Of a DNA stretch of 64,000 nucleotides, positions 60,653 through 64,000 are shown one piece after another; within the stretch, counting starts at the first letter, position 1, and every line of letters starts with the position of its first letter. The position numbers and the translations under genes are program-made. This stretch comes from an uncultured Candidatus Rokubacteria bacterium (GTDB lineage: Bacteria; Methylomirabilota; Methylomirabilia; Rokubacteriales; DASRDR01). The notes under the pieces are model-generated. The model saw nothing but the letters and a program-made list of their open reading frames with translations. It was not told the origin of the DNA and searched no databases. The stretch lies in contig CAVPSB010000031.1 of assembly GCA_963708025.1 (NCBI GenBank), positions 224,001-288,000 on the forward strand. Reading direction: 5' to 3'.

Positions 60653-62176
60653 ATGCTGGCGCGGGTCTTCTCGGCGTGTCTCTCCGGCGTCGAGGCGGCC
60701 CTGGTGCGCGTCGAGGTGGACGTGAGCCACGGTCTGCCGACCTTCACCACCGTCGGGCTGCCGGACCCGGCGATCCGCGAGAGCCGGGATCGCGTCCGGG
60801 CAGCCCTCCGGAACTCGGGGTTCACGTTTCCCCAGGATCGGATCACGGTGAACCTGGCGCCGGCGGACCTCCGGAAGGAAGGCGTGAGCTTCGACCTGCC
60901 GATCGCGCTCGGGCTCCTGGCCGCCGCCGGCGCGCTGAAGCGCGAGCGCCTCGACGGCCTGCTGGTGGCGGGCGAGCTGGCGCTCGACGGCGGCATCCAT
61001 CCGGTGCGGGGCGTGCTGTCGATGGCCCTGGCGGCTCTGCGCGCCCGGGTCGGCGGCTGTCTCTTGGCGCCGGGGAACGCGATGGAGGCAGCGGTCGTGG
61101 ACGGCCTCGCCGTGTACCCGGCGGCGTCGCTCGCCGAGGCAGCGGCCTTCCTGAACGGGGAGCGTCGGGTCGAGGCGGCCCGCGCCGATCCGGCGACGCT
61201 GCTGGCGGCCCCGCGCGTGGACGAGGTGGACTTCGCCGACGTGCGGGGACAGCTCCACGCCAAGCGCGCCCTGGAGATCGCCGCGGCCGGCGGCCACAAC
61301 GTCCTGATGGTCGGGCCCCCCGGGACCGGCAAGACCATGCTCGCGCGGCGGCTCCACACCGTCCTGCCGCCGCTCACCCTGGCCGAGGCGCTGGAGGTCA
61401 GCGTGGTGTGGAGCGTCGCCGGTCACTTGCCGGCGCTGGGGCTCATGGTGGACCGTCCCTTCCGGGGGCCGCATCACACGACGTCGGATGCCGGCCTGAT
61501 CGGCGGCGGCCGGCTCCCGCATCCGGGCGAGGTGAGCCTGGCGCATCTGGGCGTGCTGTTCCTGGACGAGCTGCCGGAGTTCCAGCAGCACGTGCTGGAG
61601 ACGCTCCGGCAGCCGCTCGAGGACGGAGCGGTGACCGTGTCACGGGCGGCGGGGAGCGTCCGGTTTCCGGCCGAGTTCCAGCTCGTGGCCGCCACCAACC
61701 CGTGCCGGCGCGGATGCCGCAGCCTGGAGGCCTGCGGCTGCACTCCGGGCGAGCGGGCGCGCTATCTGGCCCGGCTCTCGCGGCCGCTTCTCGACCGGAT
61801 CGACGTCCACGTGGAGGTACCGCCGGTCCCCTACCGGGAGCTGGGCGCCGGCGGGCTGGTCGGAGAAGCCTCGGCGACGATCCGGCGGCGGGTCGTGGCG
61901 GCGCGGGAGCGCCAGCGAGCGCGGTTCGGCCGGGCGCGCGTGCGAGTGAACGCCCGCATGACCCCGCGGCACGTCGGGCGCTACTGCCTCCTCTCGGACG
62001 ACGGGCGGGAGCTGGTGGCACAGGCGGTGGACCGGCTGGGGCTGTCGGCGCGGGCCCACGATCGCGTGCTCAAGGTATCGAGGACCATCGCCGACCTGGC
62101 CGGCGAGGAAGCGATCGGCGTCGAGCACCTCGCCGAGGCGCTCCAGTACCGCGGGCTCGATCGGTGGTTCGGGTGA
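60653..62176 (+). CDS. comM: YifB/ComM Mg-chelatase-like AAA ATPase
   Basis: VGLPD..ES.DRV, NLAPADLRKEG, GPPGTGKTM, PHH, LFLDELPEF and LSARA motifs. Confidence 0.92.
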   Translation: MLARVFSACLSGVEAALVRVEVDVSHGLPTFTTVGLPDPAIRESRDRVRAALRNSGFTFPQDRITVNLAPADLRKEGVSFDLPIALGLLAAAGALKRERLDGLLVAGELALDGGIHPVRGVLSMALAALRARVGGCLLAPGNAMEAAVVDGLAVYPAASLAEAAAFLNGERRVEAARADPATLLAAPRVDEVDFADVRGQLHAKRALEIAAAGGHNVLMVGPPGTGKTMLARRLHTVLPPLTLAEALEVSVVWSVAGHLPALGLMVDRPFRGPHHTTSDAGLIGGGRLPHPGEVSLAHLGVLFLDELPEFQQHVLETLRQPLEDGAVTVSRAAGSVRFPAEFQLVAATNPCRRGCRSLEACGCTPGERARYLARLSRPLLDRIDVHVEVPPVPYRELGAGGLVGEASATIRRRVVAARERQRARFGRARVRVNARMTPRHVGRYCLLSDDGRELVAQAVDRLGLSARAHDRVLKVSRTIADLAGEEAIGVEHLAEALQYRGLDRWFG

Positions 62177-62462
62177 GCCGGGCCCCGCTCGCCCGCGGAC
62201 CCGGCGCCAGCTTCGTTCTCATTGACCCGAGCGGTGGCGCACCATTCGCGCTCGCATCGTCCCTCCTCCGGATCCCCTGTGGTGAAAACCTCGAACGTCG
62301 ACGCTGCGCGGGAGACGATGCCGGGCACCTGCCGCGGCGGGCTGGATCGCCGGTAGGTGATGCGTCAGGCGCAGGCCAAGAAATCGGGGTGTCGAGATCG
62401 GGCGCTCGGTTCCGCCGCGACGCCCCTGGTCGGCCCTCGCGTCGCGGGCGCCTCGCTGTTCC

Positions 62463-62549
62463 GGGTTGTTCCGGCCCGACGGTCTGCCGCACCCGCTCGC
62501 CTTCGATCACGAGCGGATCCTGGCCGACTACTTCGACGGTCGCTACTGA
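62463..62549 (+). pseudogene. C-terminal remnant of a NUDIX hydrolase
   Basis: GLFRPDGLPHPLAFDHERILADYFDGRY* (LAFDH..IL.DY signature) with no upstream Nudix box in frame. Confidence 0.55.
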
Positions 62550-63280
62550 GTGGTGGGGGGCCTGAGGGTCGGAGTGGGCCGGGGCGGCAGGTTCGTGAAC
62601 GTGACCGTCCCGTCGGCCGAGACCTGCCGGTAGATCTGCTGGGGTGCCTCTCCGGCGGCCCAGGCCCGCCCGGGCCCTTCGACGCCCTCGTAGAGGGCGC
62701 GAATCCTCCGGACATACTCCTGGGTCTCGGGATACGGGGGAACACCGCGGTAGTTGCGAACCGCCTCTTCTCCCGCGTTGTAGGCAGCCAGCGCCCGCGT
62801 CACGTCGCCCCCGAACCGCTGGAGCAGGTCGCGCAGGTGCCGGACGCCGCCGTCGACGTTCTGCTCCGGATCGAAGGCGTTGCGCACGCCCAGCTCGGCG
62901 GACCGCTGGGGCATGAGCTGCATGAGCCCCTGGGCGCCCTTGCGGGACACGGCGCGCGGGTTGCCTCCGGACTCGACGGTGACCACGGCCTCGACGAGTC
63001 GGTGGTCGACCCGGTGTCGCTCCGCCGTGGTCCGGATCAGGTCGGCGTAGGGGCCGACGCCGAGACCGCGGAGGACCGGGCGGGCGGCGAAGGGGACCGA
63101 GGCGCGGTCCGCCGGCAGGCCGCGCACCCGGCGATACCGGGGGTCGGCCGGAGCGTTCGTGTAGTGAATGGTACCGGCTTCGTCCTGGTAGCGGAACGTG
63201 CCCGCTTCCGCCGTGCCCGCGAGCACGAGAGCCACCAGCGCGCCCAGCCACATCGTCGTGGAGACACCCCTACCGAGCAT
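62543..63280 (-). CDS. Lytic transglycosylase (SLT) with DUF4124-like terminal modules
   Basis: ES..NPRAVS.KGAQGLMQLMP, ALAAYNAG and GVPPYPETQEYV; D..GT..(Y/F)TN.P at both ends. Confidence 0.92.
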   Translation of the reverse strand: MLGRGVSTTMWLGALVALVLAGTAEAGTFRYQDEAGTIHYTNAPADPRYRRVRGLPADRASVPFAARPVLRGLGVGPYADLIRTTAERHRVDHRLVEAVVTVESGGNPRAVSRKGAQGLMQLMPQRSAELGVRNAFDPEQNVDGGVRHLRDLLQRFGGDVTRALAAYNAGEEAVRNYRGVPPYPETQEYVRRIRALYEGVEGPGRAWAAGEAPQQIYRQVSADGTVTFTNLPPRPTPTLRPPTTQ

Positions 63281-63288
63281 GGGGCGTC

Positions 63289-63318
63289 AGTCTAGGAAAG
63301 CGCGAGGCGCGCTGTCAA
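63289..63318 (-). promoter_or_regulatory. Putative promoter of the SLT gene
   Basis: TTGACA-N18-TAGACT, 8 nt before the ATG at 63280. Confidence 0.55.
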
Positions 63319-63358
63319 TGTTTCCGGGGCTCCCAGGTGGGAGCCCCGGAAGCGCCCG

Positions 63359-64000
63359 TCAGTTCGGCTGGTACCCCGCGAGAGCCGGCACCGGCCGGCG
63401 CGACGATGGTTCGGGCAAGGCCAGGCGGAGCACGTCGGCCACGCTGGAGACCAGGTGGACGGTGAGGGCTCGCCGGACCTCGGCGGGCACGTCCTCCACG
63501 AGCGCCTTCTCGTTCTGGCGAGGGAGGATCAGGGTGGTGATGCCCGCGCGATGCGCGGCCAGGACCTTCTCCTTGATGCCGCCCACCGGCAGGACCCGAC
63601 CGCTCAGCGTGATCTCGCCCGTCATGGCGAGCCGCCCGCGCACCGGCCGGTTCGTCAAGAGCGACACCAGCGCGGTGGCCAGGGTGATCCCCGCCGAAGG
63701 CCCGTCCTTGGGGATCGCGCCGGCCGGGACGTGGAGGTGCAGGTCGTACTCGCTCCAGAAGCCCGGGTCGATGCCCAGGTCCTCGGCGTGCCCCCGCACC
63801 CACGACACCGCCGCCTGCGCGGACTCCTTCATCACGTCCCCGAGCTGCCCGGTGAGGGTGAGGGACTTCCCCCCCTTCATCTTGGAGGCCTCGATGAAGA
63901 GGAGGTCGCCGCCGGCCGGCGTCCACGCCAGCCCGACACTGACGCCGGGTACGCGCGCCCGCTCGTCCAGCTCCTCCTCGACGAGGAAGCGCGGCGCGCC
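63359..64000 (-). CDS. lon: Lon protease, C-terminal protease domain (5' end outside window)
   Basis: [34 protein letters not shown] and GGIKEK motifs. Confidence 0.95.
   Translation of the reverse strand, partial: GAPRFLVEEELDERARVPGVSVGLAWTPAGGDLLFIEASKMKGGKSLTLTGQLGDVMKESAQAAVSWVRGHAEDLGIDPGFWSEYDLHLHVPAGAIPKDGPSAGITLATALVSLLTNRPVRGRLAMTGEITLSGRVLPVGGIKEKVLAAHRAGITTLILPRQNEKALVEDVPAEVRRALTVHLVSSVADVLRLALPEPSSRRPVPALAGYQPN

Overview
A very GC-rich bacterial chromosome segment. The style of the genes and intergenic repeats is reminiscent of Ca. Rokubacteria/Methylomirabilota, but that is inference only. Housekeeping blocks: a pyrR-pyrB-pyrC-carA-(orf)-carB-pyrF-pyrE operon behind a PyrR attenuator; yicC-gmk-rpoZ-coaBC-udg-priA...def-fmt-rsmB-rpe; ffh-rpsP-rimM-trmD-rplS-rnhB-acyltransferase-yraN-comM; a lytic transglycosylase gene and the 3' end of lon. 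The first 17 kb holds redox, hydrolase and transport genes. Main points: (1) an integrase-less integron cassette array (CALIN) between priA and def, in which one attC is split exactly by an IS1111-type (IS110 family) element whose long downstream non-coding region has candidate donor and target guide sequences (bridge/seek RNA); (2) a UxxC selenoprotein missed by the ORF track, with an in-frame UGA and a SECIS-like hairpin; (3) a ~1,890-aa membrane Ser/Thr kinase with helical repeats on both sides of the membrane, followed by an outer-membrane beta-barrel gene; (4) recurrent GTCGAC-type lesions in conserved genes that suggest methylation-driven basecalling errors; (5) three families of intergenic REP/MITE-like repeats, a 71/72-bp tandem array and several gene remnants. 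All calls come from reading the sequence by eye; no database searches were run.
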